Origin: the human T2T-CHM13v2.0 reference genome, Homo sapiens
DNA: 64,000 nt
NCBI RefSeq assembly: GCF_009914755.1
Contig: NC_060925.1
Strand: one strand, 5' to 3'
The position numbers were made by a program, and so were the translations under genes. The notes beneath the pieces were generated by a model. The model was not told the origin of the DNA, did no database searches, and saw nothing but the letters and a program-made list of their open reading frames with translations. Positions 29,000 to 42,499 of the stretch are shown here, piece by piece. Within the stretch, counting starts at the first letter, position 1. Each line of letters starts with the position of its first letter.

Positions 29000-30010
29000 T
29001 TTTTGTCCACTTGGCAAATATTTATTGAGCACCTGCTCAGAATCCAGCATTGTGCTAGCCACTGGGAATTGAAATGAGAGAGAAGTCTTTGCCCTCAAGG
29101 AGCTTACATCAGGTAACGGAGATAGACAAATATCAGATGACGCAATATGGTATAAGAGCTATGATTTACTATGAGAATATATGATGAAACATATATTGCT
29201 TGGGAACTCAGAGAAGGCTTGCTTGATGAGGTAACAGCTGATTGGACCATTAAAGGCTAAGTGTGATAGAAGTGGGTCAAATGGACATGGAAGATAAGAG
29301 GTAGAGGATGGGAAGGAGATGAGAAAATGCCATGGCAGGGAAATAGTCTGTGCAAACTGGACAAACGTGTGGACGCTACCCATTCAGGGAACTCAAGGCA
29401 TTCTTATGTAGCTGGAATAGAGATGTCCAATGGGAAAGTGTGGAAAGAAGGACCTGTCCAGATTTTGGAGGGGCTGCATATGCCAAGCCAAAGAGTTTCT
29501 ATAGGCTTGTGGGCACAGAGGAAAGATGAAATGGTTTAAACAGTGAAGTGACATGATTCACTGAAGGCTATTCACAATTTGAATTGTTTAGGAATAAGAT
29601 TAAAAGATGCCACTTGTAGTCAAGGATAAGAAATAAAGATGGCCTCGCCTAGGGTAGTTTGCAGGGTGAAAAGAAGAGGATGGATTTGACATATAAGAAG
29701 TGGAATCTAAGGTTGTGCTGAGGAATGAATACCAGTGGCAAAGAAGGGCAGTGGCCCAGGAAGACAGGATCATGGCTAAGAGCAGGACTTTGACTCCTGG
29801 GTTTGAATCCCAGGTCTGCTGTTCACTAACTGAGTGACTGGATGAGGAACTTTTCCTCTGTGTTTTTGTTTCCTCACTTGTAAAGTAAGGACAGCAATAT
29901 TAGCTACTTCGTAGGGTTGTTGTAAGGACAAGCTGAGCTGACATCTTTAAGGTTCTTAGAACAGTGCCTGGCAGTTAGTGCTGTGTCAGTGGTGGCTGCC
30001 GCTGCTGTCA
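29000..30010. mobile_element. L2 fragment followed by MIR
   Basis: aaatatttattgagcacctgct...gccctcaaggagcttaca (L2); ctgggtttgaatcccagg...tttcctcacttgtaaag...cttagaacagtgcctggca (MIR). Confidence 0.7.
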
Positions 30011-30090
30011 TCACTATTAGGACCTGTCATGATATCTTTAAGATTGATTAATTTATCTTGTCCTAGTTAGTTGCTGAATGTTTAAGATAA

Positions 30091-30255
<165 letters not shown>

Positions 30256-30925
30256 TAATTTTTCTCTCCCTCTTCTAAGGTGCTGGTTTGAGGTAAAGGA
30301 AGCTTGCAGCAGGCGATGAGTTTAGCTGCAGTTTTGTCAGAGGAGGGGACAAGGGAGAAGAGGAGAAACCACGGAAGACCCTGTGATGTTCTGGGGCTTC
30401 CGTTCCTGTCTTGGGAAGGCAGGAGACAAGGTTGTGGAGGGAATGGTGCAAAGCGTGCTCTTCTTCTAGAGAGTGAGCAGCTGGCTTAGTGTGATCCAGA
30501 AAATGGAGTTCAGTTGTATATACAAATGATATTGTCATTTCTCAGCTGACACGTATAGGCAAGGGAGAACTAACCAAAATGGGTAGGGATGTTTGATGTA
30601 GTCATGTGATTGAATATGTACTTAAGTCTGCTTTTAATGCTCCCCTTACATGGCCCTTTTCCTTTACTTCCCACCCCAGGGTAAATAAAACTCTGTGATG
30701 TTCTATTTCAAGATCTGTAGTCAAAGTGTTTTAGCCAGTTTCTTGGGTCCTAGTTAACTGCTTTTGACAAAGCAACTTGATATGTATAACTCAAGGCTAC
30801 ATATTATCATAACACCAAGGGTGATGAGGAAGCCATCCTGACATCATTCACATTGATCAGATTCATCTTCATCATGTTCCCCTAATGTCATGAGTATGTG
30901 TTTTAGAAACGTGAGCTCTGTGTGA

Positions 30926-31426
<501 letters not shown>

Positions 31427-31488
31427 GCGATGCCTTCCCTCTGTGCTGTGAAACTGTCTATGCACTACATTCTGCTAGCTCCTCTTCA

Positions 31489-31494
31489 AGTAAA
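31489..31494 (+). terminator. Candidate intronic polyA signal (AGTAAA) for the exon-15 read-through isoform
   Basis: Variant hexamer 63 nt after the stop, followed by a U-rich tract (31513-31540). Canonical AATAAA alternative at 31863. Confidence 0.4.
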
Positions 31495-32522
31495 CGCCAA
31501 GTCACAACTGGGTTTTCTTCCTTCCTTCTTTTTCTTCTTACCCCCAACTCCTTTTTAAGTAGTTTCTCTTAAAAGGGAAATAGCTTTCATTCTTTTGATT
31601 ATGGGCATTGTTGACTTCAGTTACTTTTCAGTTATGTTTCCAATCACTCTGAATATCTGGTGCTAAGCCAGGAGCTGATTCATACAGTGGATAGCATTTG
31701 CTGGGGGTGCGCTGGTTTGGGGAATTATGGCTTTTTCCGCATCATATATCAGTGAATTAATTTTGGAGTATTGAAACGTGGAAGGTGCTGAGTGAACAGT
31801 ATCTTCCTAGAACTAAGCATTAGGCCCTTGAATATTTCACCTCCTGCAAGGAACTGACCCAGAATAAAATAAGTGGCAAGTGGAAGATATTTCTAAGAAG
31901 GGCTTATAGGTAGGTACCTGGGATGCAAGGTGGGGAGCAAGCAGAGTATCAGGAAGGTGTTTAAAAGTAGCCAGCACTCTTCTAGAGAAAGGTGGGAAGA
32001 CCTCCAAACACATCTTACCAATGAGATCTCTATTTAGGTTACCAAGCTCTCTTTAACAATCAACAATACCTGGTAAGGTAAACTCTGTTGGTAAACTCCT
32101 ATTATGAATTACTTTAATAACCTGTTTTGATTGCCTCTAGGGGTATTGAGATCTATAGGAATGTGAGTTTCGACTTGAGAGGAACAAGGACAAATAGGAA
32201 GGAGAAATCAATCCTATGTATTAAGGAAATATGAAGCATGGTACATATACATACAGTGTTGCAACACTGATCGTACTCAGGGCATGAACAAGCCCTGGGT
32301 GTCTTGGAAGGCTCTGGCCTGGTGTCGCTTCACACTTGCTATTCTTGAAACATTTCCTCAGCCGTCATCTAGGGAGTGCCTGCTTCTGTAGAGAAGAGGG
32401 GAGGAGGAAAGGTGCTGGTGGCAGTGTGCTGCGTATGGCCCACTCAGCAAAACAGGAGCCCCATGGTTCATTCTTAATGATATCTACTTTCTTTAGTTGA
32501 CAGTTTAGAAACCATGAGGATG

Positions 32523-32813
<291 letters not shown>

Positions 32814-32851
32814 AGAAACCATGAGGATGAGGATGTTTTCTAACATGAGAA

Positions 32852-32855
<4 letters not shown>

Positions 32856-32893
<38 letters not shown>
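32856..32893. repeat. (GT)19 microsatellite
   Basis: Seen directly. Confidence 0.95.
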
Positions 32894-32894
<1 letters not shown>

Positions 32895-33386
32895 CATGTG
32901 TGGTTGCATTAGATTCATTACCACTCCTGTCCCTACCTGAGACCTCTTTTAAAACTTTTTCCCTCTCTGTCCACTCTCAACCCATTCCCTAAGAGGAGCC
33001 TGGCATATCTGATGTTCCCTGTCCTATTTTACAGGCATGAGCCACCATGCTTGGCCTTGGCATTAGTTTAGATTCTTTTACAGATTAGGGTCCCAGGAAA
33101 TTGCCAGCCCATCTACCCCTTAATCTGATTCTGATCCCATGATCCCACTATAAAAATTGGGTGTATAGGTATCATAAAAACTTAAATCCATGTAACTAAG
33201 GATTAGATGTAAAAAGATAATATATTTACATTTTCCTAACTATATTTATAAATCATATACTTTCCAGCAGGCATTGAGTTCAGTCATCATTTTCACATAC
33301 CGATTGTGGATCAGCCTCTTCTTTTGGATCAGAATGCAGATCTTTCCATTTTCAGAAAAAGTGCTAGAGATATATAGATAATCATA

Positions 33387-34629
33387 CAGTCATGTGCTGC
33401 CTAATGATGTTTTGGTCAATAACAGACCATGTATACAATGGTGGTCCCATAAGACTATAATGGAGCTGAAAAATTCCTATTGCCTAGTGACGTCGTAGCC
33501 CTCGTAGGGTTATAACTGCAGTACTCATGTGTTGTGGTGATGCTGGTGTAAACAGACCTACTGTGCTGCAGCCATATAAAAATCTAGCAATACAATTATG
33601 TACAGTGCATAATATTTGATAATAAATACCTGTTACTGGCCTATGTATATACTATACTGTACTTTATATCGTTATTTTAGAGTATACACCTTCTCCTTAT
33701 TAAAACAAAAGTTAACTGTAAGCCTCAGGCAGGTCCTTCAGGAGGTATTCCAGAAGAAGGCATTGTTGTTATAAGAAATGACAGCTCCATGTGTTACTGC
33801 TCCTGAAGACCTTCCAGTGGGACAAGATGTGGAGGTGGAAGACAGTGATATTGATTATCCTGACCTGGTGTAGGCCCAGGCTAATGTGTGTGTTTGTGTC
33901 TTCATTTTAAACAAAAAATTTAGAAAGTAAATACTAAAGATATTTAAAATAAAAAAAATAGGATAAGGATGTAAAGGAAGAAAATACTTGGTACAGTTAC
34001 ACATACAATGCTTATTTTAAGTGTTAATTTCAAGTGATTGGGAGTTGATAAAGACATTAAAAAATAGTAAACTAAGTATTATTACAAAAGAGTCAAAAGT
34101 TAAAACAATTAAGTTTATAAAATAAAAATGTTACAGTAAGCTAAGGTTAATTGATTATTCATGAAAGAAAAATTTTTAATATAGATTTAGTATAACCTAA
34201 GTGTACAGCATTTATAAAGTCTACAGTAGTGTTCAGTAATGTCCTAGGCCTTCATGTTCACTCACCACTCACCCACTGACTCACCCAGAGTAACTTCCCT
34301 TCCTGCAAGCTCTATCCATGGTGAGTGCCCTTTACAGGTGTACAATTTTTAAGTCTTTTATACCATATTTTTATTGTCTATTTTCTATGTTTAGGTATGT
34401 TTAGACACACATACTTACCACTGTGTTATAGTTGCCTGCAATATTCAGTAGAGTAACATGCTGTACAGGTTTGCAGCCTAGAAGCAATAGGTTATACCAT
34501 TTAGCTCAGGTGTGTAGCAGGCTCTACCATCTAGGTTTGTATAAGTGCACTCTATCGTGCACACAGCAATGAAATTGCCTAAGGATGCATTCTCAGAATG
34601 TATCTTTGTCATTAAGTGATGCATGACTA
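33387..34629. mobile_element. Tigger3b/MER7-type TcMar DNA transposon, apparently full length
   Basis: TA then cagtcatgtgctgcctaatga at the left end, tcattaagtgatgcatgacta at the right end (inverted termini); ~1.24 kb. Confidence 0.85.
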
Positions 34630-36476
34630 TGTAAATACCTTGCAGATTACATACGTAAAGGTATTGTGTAATCCACATTTATAGCTGAATGCCAGTAGCA
34701 TTGGTAGCTTGACAAGAATAATGTTCTACTTTTTTGTTTTCCTCTTTGCTGGTAGAACCATGGGGGCAATTCTTTAGACAATTGTTAATCTCCCCTAATG
34801 ATGTTTACATAACTTGATTTGGGTCTCGTTCCGTATTTTGTTATTTCTTTTCACTTCTCCTCCTCCTCGTCCCTCTTCTGGCTAGAATAGAGTGATTTTT
34901 AAATAATTCAATTTAAGTAATAGTCTGTGTGGGCAGTTGCTGCCACTTCCCTTCTCCTCCCTCCTAAATTTATCATCTTATTGTAAAGAAAAGCATTTAT
35001 AAATAGAATTATCAACACAACATTTTCCTCCCTCTCACCCTCCCTGGAAGTAAGAAGCAGCAGGTCTTTGTAGCAGACCTTCCCCCCTTTAACTTTGCTT
35101 AGAAAACCTCCTGTGAGAGGGAAAGCTCCAAGTCCTACTTCTGCTGACTTGTGGTCAAAAAGCTAAATTATGATGAAAATTCCCACTTTGTGTGGAATAA
35201 GATAGGAGATTATGAGTTATTTTTGTTTATGGTCCAGTGCAGCTTGTCTAATTATACTGGGTTTATTGTCGAAATAAGATCATACTTCTAGTTCTAGTAC
35301 TACTGAAGATGTGAGATTAGGAGCCTTGAAGAACTAGGAAAATCACTCAATAAAAATGTTTTAAAATTCTTAGGTAGGAAAATGAAGTCTGCATGGCAAT
35401 ATCCTCCCAGAACCTTTAAGAAAGACCCAGAAACTCTTAGGGGATGGGGGTTATGGGTATTTAGAGGGAATCTAATATTTTAAAAGCTACAATTAGCATC
35501 TCTTTTGAAAGCTGCAATTGCTCACTCACTTTTTGCAGCAGTTCAGCCCCCAGAAAAATGTAAAAATGATTTCCTTATTCTGTCATTAAATCGTTTAACA
35601 CAGAAAACAAGAACAAATGTTAAGGATTCCTTATGGTTGTGACAGAATGCTGAGGAACAGTCAGATTTTATTTTTATTAATTTGTCCTCTTTTGCTAGTC
35701 TTGCAGTTTCTACTGCCCTGTGCAATGCACACACACAAGGTTACATTTTTGTTGACCCACTTACTGTAAAAAATGAGTTTCACTCCCTGACACTCAGAGG
35801 AGTTTTCAAATGCTTAAGAAATGAGGGACATGTGATTATGGTGTAGGTGGGGTGGAAGTATTTTATTAAATTGAAATTACTTGTGGTATCTGTCTTGAAT
35901 ATTTGCTATGCTTTATTTTTATGACACTTAATCACTGGATTACTAGTCATCTACATTGACCTTACCTGACCCCCAACTCTGAGTTAGTTCATGTTGCTTC
36001 TCCCATAAGCCTCTCTACATCCCACCTTGGTCTAAATCAGAATACTCTTTTTCACTCAGAATTTGCATAATCCACTAGACTATATGCTTTGTGAGGGCAG
36101 GGATGGTGCCTCTGGTTTTTATAGTTATGTGCCCTGTGCATGGCATATATTAGGCACTCATTAAGTATTTGTTGATTGGATAAAATGATGGATGGTTAAA
36201 TGAATGAATGCTCTGTAGCTTTAATAATAAAACTATACAAATAAGTGAAACTTATTATAGCCTGTAATAAGCTTTGTTATGCACTCTTCTATCTTAATCT
36301 TCAAACATTTGCAGGGATATTCTCATAGTGAAGGTTGTAGGTAATGTCAGTGGTGCCATTGTCTCTTGGAATTTTTCCTTTCTTCTCCATTCAGTTGCTT
36401 CCTCATCCCTGTTGTGTTTGAGTCTTTGATGATCTTCCTAACTTGTCTCTTTCCACCTTTAATTCTTACTTTAAAG

Positions 36477-36652
36477 TAGGGTTGGCAAACTTTTTCTGTA
36501 AAGGGCCAGATAGTAAAGATTTTTAGCTTTGTGTCCCAACTATTCAACTCAATACATAAACGAAAAGTGTGGCTAATATTAAATAAAACTTTATTAACAA
36601 AAATAGGTGGTGGGTTGCATTTGGATAGTGAGCTGCAGTTTGCCAACCCCTG
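36477..36652. mobile_element. MER58A-type hAT MITE
   Basis: TIRs gggttggcaaact / agtttgccaaccc; 8-bp TSD ctttaaag on both sides. Confidence 0.9.
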
Positions 36653-37785
36653 CTTTAAAGCATTGCCAGATAAGAGATATAGATTTCAACATCTTATTTC
36701 CCTGTTCAGAAATGACCAGTGGTCCCTTAGTGCTAGAACATAAATACTGACTTTCTTTGTTGAGCTTTCAGGCCCTCTGTACTGCATTTCTGTAGTATTG
36801 TATCTTTGCACCAGCATTTACCTTGCTTATTCTCTTGTTTTCTTCTCCCACAGTGTTCATGCCTACTGCTAGTCTTTAGGAAGCCCTTTCTTGGAAGCCC
36901 CCTGCTCTCCTTACCAATTTCTCATCTTTAAATAAAGACATATATTACCTCCCATGTCTTCTGTGAAGCTCTCCCCAGTAAGTGGAATCCACCCTATAAT
37001 TAATACTTTATTTTATCATGTATGCTATTATATACATGAACATCTATATTTGTTTACATATTGTCTGTGTATGTAAGAATTGTCTCCAAATTTAAACTTC
37101 TTTTGCAGACATTTCAAAAAGTTCTTTTATAGTTCATGGTTTCTAACACAGTACCGGTCACAGGAGGGAATTAAAAATTAAAATACTCATTTGGTTGAAA
37201 GTTGAAAGCAAAATGGAAATGAAATATTGTGTGCTTCCTACTTTCCCTCAGCATTCTTATATGATAGTTGAAGTTGGCTTAAATGTAGTTCTCTTTTCTA
37301 GTGTTAGTAGCATTTTTATACTCAGTTGGTTAATGCTGCTCTTTGGTTATGAAGACTCTGTGGATGTTTTCCACCTCAAATTTGACAAACGTAAGAACAA
37401 TCTTGGTAGCCTATGAATAGGTTAAGTTCTTCTGTGTTCTAACATCAGGCAGAATACGTATGTGTTTTAAGGAATTATTGGTCCTTAAAGTAGGACCTGG
37501 AATGAGATCAAAATATTAGAATCTAGCTTTATAAAATAACCAGTTTGATGAAAATCTGAGTGATTGGCAGTGCACTAAAGCATGGTTCATTTGTACTTTG
37601 GGATAATGTTAGTGCTGACAGTGATAAGCTACTTACTGATTGTTTGAATATCCATTCCCAGTAAAGTGCTGATACTTTCCAGTGGTATGTAGTAGTGTTT
37701 CCCGATATCAACTTGTTGTCTTTTCCCTCTGCCTGTTCTCCATTTTAAAAATTGGTCATCTTGTCCTGATTTTAAATAGGACATT

Positions 37786-38202
37786 TTTATTCGTCTGCTT
37801 TTGTCGCTATTAAGAAATACCTGAGGCTGGGTAATTCATAAAGAAAAATGGTTTATTTGGCTCACAATTCTGTGGGCTGTACGAGCATGGCACCGACAAC
37901 CTGCTTGGCTTTGCGTGAGTCCTCAGGAAGCTTACAATCATGGTGGAAGGCAAAAGGGGATCTTGTGTATCACATGGCAAGAGGGAACAAGAGAAAGGGA
38001 GGATGTGCGAGGCTCTTTTAAACCACCAGATCTCATGTGAACTCATAGAGTGGGAACTCACTGATTACTGGGAGGACAGCACAAAGCCATTCATGAAGGA
38101 TCCACCGCCATGACCCAAGTACCTCCCACTAGCCCCACCTCCAACACTGGAGTCACATTTCAACAGGACATTTGGAGGGGATAAAACATCCAAACTATAT
38201 CA
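37786..38202 (-). mobile_element. Solo MaLR LTR (MSTA-like)
   Basis: aagaaatacctgaggctgggtaatt...ggaagcttacaatcatggtggaaggc...catccaaactatatca; near-TSD acatt/atatt. Confidence 0.85.
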
Positions 38203-38936
38203 ATATTCATTTATTAATTCATATTAATATTGTTAAATATTAACTAGGTGTTAATATTTATTACAGTTAAAGGTACTAGCTTTCTATCCTCTTGTTGTAT
38301 ATTTATGTTGCTGTGGTTTTTCATCCTTCCTCTTTGTTGTGGCATTGCTTTAGATTTGATGTAAGTTTTCAGCTAAGGGATACTAACTACATATCAAGAA
38401 CATGAGCTCAATCTCAGTATTGAACCACATCTTTGGCCTTCATTCAACATTGCGATTTTTTTTCCCTTCCCAAGGGGACCTGAGAATGCTACTTGACAAA
38501 GCATCAAATTGTTATGAGGTCAGCATGGTTCGGATGATGCCTTTAAATATGCATATAAACTGTTTATATGTTTGCAGTATTTGTAGATATATGTAACTAT
38601 AATTTAAGTTTCCAGTGTTAAATAGTAGTTTATGTTAATTTTCTGTATAAAGCCTGTCAGCTGTTTTTGACTGTACATTTGAAAAGACTTGAAAACATAA
38701 AACTTGCTTTAAGTGATAAGGTTGATCAGAAATATATAATAGGTAAGGATTAATTTATATTTTCAATGTATTAGAGTTATGAATCACCCTGGTTGTTCAG
38801 CTTAATTTTATACTTTCTTATGTAGTGTCAATAATACTACTAGGTCAATAGAAAAGAGTCTTATTTTAATCTTGCGTCTTATTTTTTTGGCTAGGAGTAA
38901 AAGAAAGCAAGTGCTTTTTATATACCTATAAAAGCT

Positions 38937-39060
38937 GGCTAGGTGCAATGGCTCACACTATAATCCTAGCACTTTAGGAGGCTAAGGCGAGAGGATCACT
39001 TGAGGTCAGGAGTTTGAGACCAGCCTAGGCAATACAGAGAGAACCCGTATCTTAAAAACT
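38937..39060 (+). mobile_element. Alu left monomer (FLAM/AluJ)
   Basis: ggctaggtgcaatggctcac...gaggtcaggagtttgagaccagcctagg. Confidence 0.85.
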
Positions 39061-39511
39061 GAAATTAAATGAAATGGAAACTTATCCAATTAATAAAGCT
39101 ATAGCTAATATTTATGTAAGTGTCTAGCTTGAGCCTAGTATTTTTTTGGTAGAGCAAGGTGAGACAAATACATACAAGCCATTGTCCTCCACTAGATTAA
39201 AAACTTCATGCAGGCATCTTCTGGTAGAATTGATTTGCTCTCATTTTTCTGGTCCTTTCTATTTTTGCACTGCTGCCAGAATCCACTTAAAATACCAGTT
39301 TCCTAATGTAAGCCTTTGTTTAACAGCTTCTGTGGTTGAAGAATAAGACCAAATATTATAAGATTTTTCCTCTTTTTCCTGAAATTCTGTAGTTTCACCA
39401 TAATATAGCTATATACAGATTCATTATTATTTATCTTGCCTGGCATCAGTGTGTACTTTCAATCTTAGGGCTGCTTTTTTAGTTATGGAAAATTCTCAGC
39501 CATCATTATTC

Positions 39512-39640
39512 TTTTTTTTTTTGTAGAGAGAGTGTCTTGCTATGTTGCCCAGGTTGGTCTCGAATTCCTGGCCTCAAGTGATCCTCCTGCTTTGGCCTCC
39601 CAAATTGCTGGGATTACAGGCTTGAGCCACCACACCCGGC
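39512..39640 (-). mobile_element. Alu left monomer (FLAM_C-like)
   Basis: Poly-T then gtagagagagtgtcttgctatgttgcccagg...gagccaccacacccggc. Confidence 0.85.
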
Positions 39641-39718
39641 TCCACTATCTTTTTGGATATTGCTTTACTGCCTTTCCCCTTATTTCCCTTATTTTCTCCT
39701 TTTGCAATAGCCCCACAA

Positions 39719-40021
39719 TTTTTTTTTTTAATAGAAGGAGTCTCACTCTGTTACCCAGGCTAGAGTGCAATCTCAGCTCACTGCAACCTCCACCTCCCAG
39801 GTTCTCCACCTCCCAGGTTCAAGTGAATCTCCTGCCTCAGCTTTCTGAGTAGCTGGGACTACAGGTGTGCACCATCACGCCTGGCTAATTTTTGTATTTT
39901 TAGTAGAGATGGGGTTTTGCCATGTTGGCCAGGATGGTCTCAAACTCCTTACCTCAGGTGATCTGCCTGCCTTGGCCTCCCAAAGTGCTGGGATTACAGG
40001 CATAAGCCACTGCATCCAGCC
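39719..40021 (-). mobile_element. AluS with an internal 16-bp tandem duplication
   Basis: TSD aatagcccc; ctccacctcccaggtt repeated at 39788-39819. Confidence 0.92.
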
Positions 40022-42499
40022 AATAGCCCCCAAACTTATATTGGAGACTTTCAATCTGTCCTCAATATATCTTACCTTCTGTTTTATATTTTTCAGTTCC
40101 TAAGCTCTAGCTGTATTCTGATTGAATTCCTCCTATTATTTTCAATTCGTGAATTTTCTTTAATGTGTCCATTCTGGAGTATATCCCCCAATCCACTGAC
40201 CTTTGATTTCAGGGGCTATATCTTTCTTTTCCAGCATTTCTAATTTGATCCTTATGATAGCCATCTGTTATAATTTGGGCCCGCCTGTTTTTGTTTTATG
40301 GCTTCTTATTCTTTTTATATGTGTGTGTATATATATAGATATATATATATATTTTTTTCACTTGAAGGATCTCAGGTGATAAGCCATTTTGATATTGCTT
40401 TGCTATTTGCATTTCATCCTGTGAGAGTTTGCCTTGTGGTTGCATACTTCGTCAGTTCTCATAATGTTCATTTGCCTTGTGTGTTAGGGAATTTGGTTGG
40501 TAGGTTCAGATGGGATGGGAGTGTTGGTGTGTTTCTCTCCTCTTTCTCTCTCTGTTTTTCCCTCCTCGTCTGCTGGCCTTCTTGTTGGCTCTGCCCGATC
40601 ATCTAGGCCTTTCAGTCTAGAAACAGACCTTAATGACCCAGGCTTCCATCTCTTGGTGAGCTCCTCCCAGGCTTTCTTCTCAGGCAGGGATGTGGCTCCA
40701 TCTCAGCCCTGGCCCGAGGGCAATGGTCCCAATTTCTCTCAGCCTCCTTCCCCATGTGGGAGAGCCTGACTCCACCCCTGATTTCAGGCCAGGGGCTTTC
40801 GACCTATGTACCCACATGAATGGAACACCCAGCCACTTCTGCAGGCTTCCAGCTGTGTAGCCAGAGTCCCACCACTGTCTTGATTGTTTCTGGGTCACAA
40901 AGATGTTGATCTTGCTTTTAATTTCTGCTGTGCCCTTTCTTTCTTCTTCATCTTTAAAAAATATTTAATGCATGCATCCAGAGGGTAGTTTGGAGTGTAC
41001 CATCTCGACATGAAGTAGGTCCAGTCTCTGCAGCTTGCTGTTCAGTGCCTTTTTCAGCTTTCCCCAACCAGCTTTCCAAACTCATATCCCTCCACTCCTG
41101 AGCATGAACCTTCTGCTTCTGCCAGGCAGTTTCTTATGTCCTTGAACGTGCATGGCTCCTCCTACCTCTGTGCTTTTCTTACATGCTATGTCCCCAACTT
41201 GGTCTCCCTTCCTCCCTCCCTTTGCTTCTCACCTCCTTTCCATCAGGAGTTGGGCTAAGTCTAACCTCCTCCTCTGTGAAGCCTTCCTTAATCTCACCAG
41301 ACCATAGCAATCATGATGTTTTTTGAAGTCATTCTGTTTGTATTGGTTATTGGCCTTCCTCATCCCTCTTTTGTGTTGAGAGTCACCTATCTTGTGGATG
41401 TGGGCCTTGAATCCCCACTGAATTCCTTGATTGAGGTTAGAAAATGTCTTTTATTTTTGTTATCTCCAAAGCATCTGGCATTGAGCTATGCTTACCTGTT
41501 TGATTGTGGGTATACTCAGTCCATACTTGCATCTTTTCTAATACTGTGTAGGTCATTTGTTTCTTCCAAAAATTTGAATTTTACTGTGTGTGCACATGTG
41601 TGTCAGATCTTTAACTTAGAAAGGCATATTTTTATTGCACCTTCCTCTTACACACACATACACATACATGTGGATGTGCATGCATGTGCAAACAAGCACA
41701 GACACCACGTGCACATTGCTTGTAAAATCATTGGATTTGCCCGTAACAGAAACCTTTGGTAAATGACGCAGGCTCTCCTTGATAGTGAATGTCTAAACAA
41801 CTCAAAGGTTGATATATGTGGGAGAGAACTGTTTTTATCAGTTTAGAAGTAGATATTTTTCTCTCTTGGGCAGACTGTTGTGAGTCCTTCAGCCTTCTGT
41901 TATGAAAAAGCAGTAGACTGTAAGAGAAAATCATGAAGTCTCAATTTGAAAGTGAGCAAAATAAGGTTGACCCATTCTATCTCATTTTCCCTTATTTACT
42001 CTTTAAGTACACATTACTTACTCTCTGGTAGCTCCTGAATCTTTATGGTTAAGAAGGGAAAGGCTGTGTTCCCATTTCCTATTAGGAACCTCGTTTCCAT
42101 GCTCTCCTGTCTTTTGAAAACATCATCCAAGGATACTCATATCGTTTTGTCCTCATCACTGTTATCACCTCCCTTCATCCCTGGAAGACTTTTGCTTCTA
42201 CTTTTTAGCTGCCTGGGCACTGCCAACATTCTGGACAACTGTAACATTTTTCTAATCATTATCATCATCCACTGTTTCTTGAATACCTTCTATGTGCCTG
42301 GCATGGTATTAGGTACTTTATATCCATTATCTTATTTATTTAACCTGCTATTTACAGATGGGGAAATCAAGACTCAGAATGGCAATAACTTGCCCAAGGT
42401 GTCACAGTGATCTTATTTTAAACTTTCTTAACCTCAGTTATCTTTATTTTTGTTCACTTGAAAATTCATTGAATAAACCTTCTTATTGCTTAGCACATT

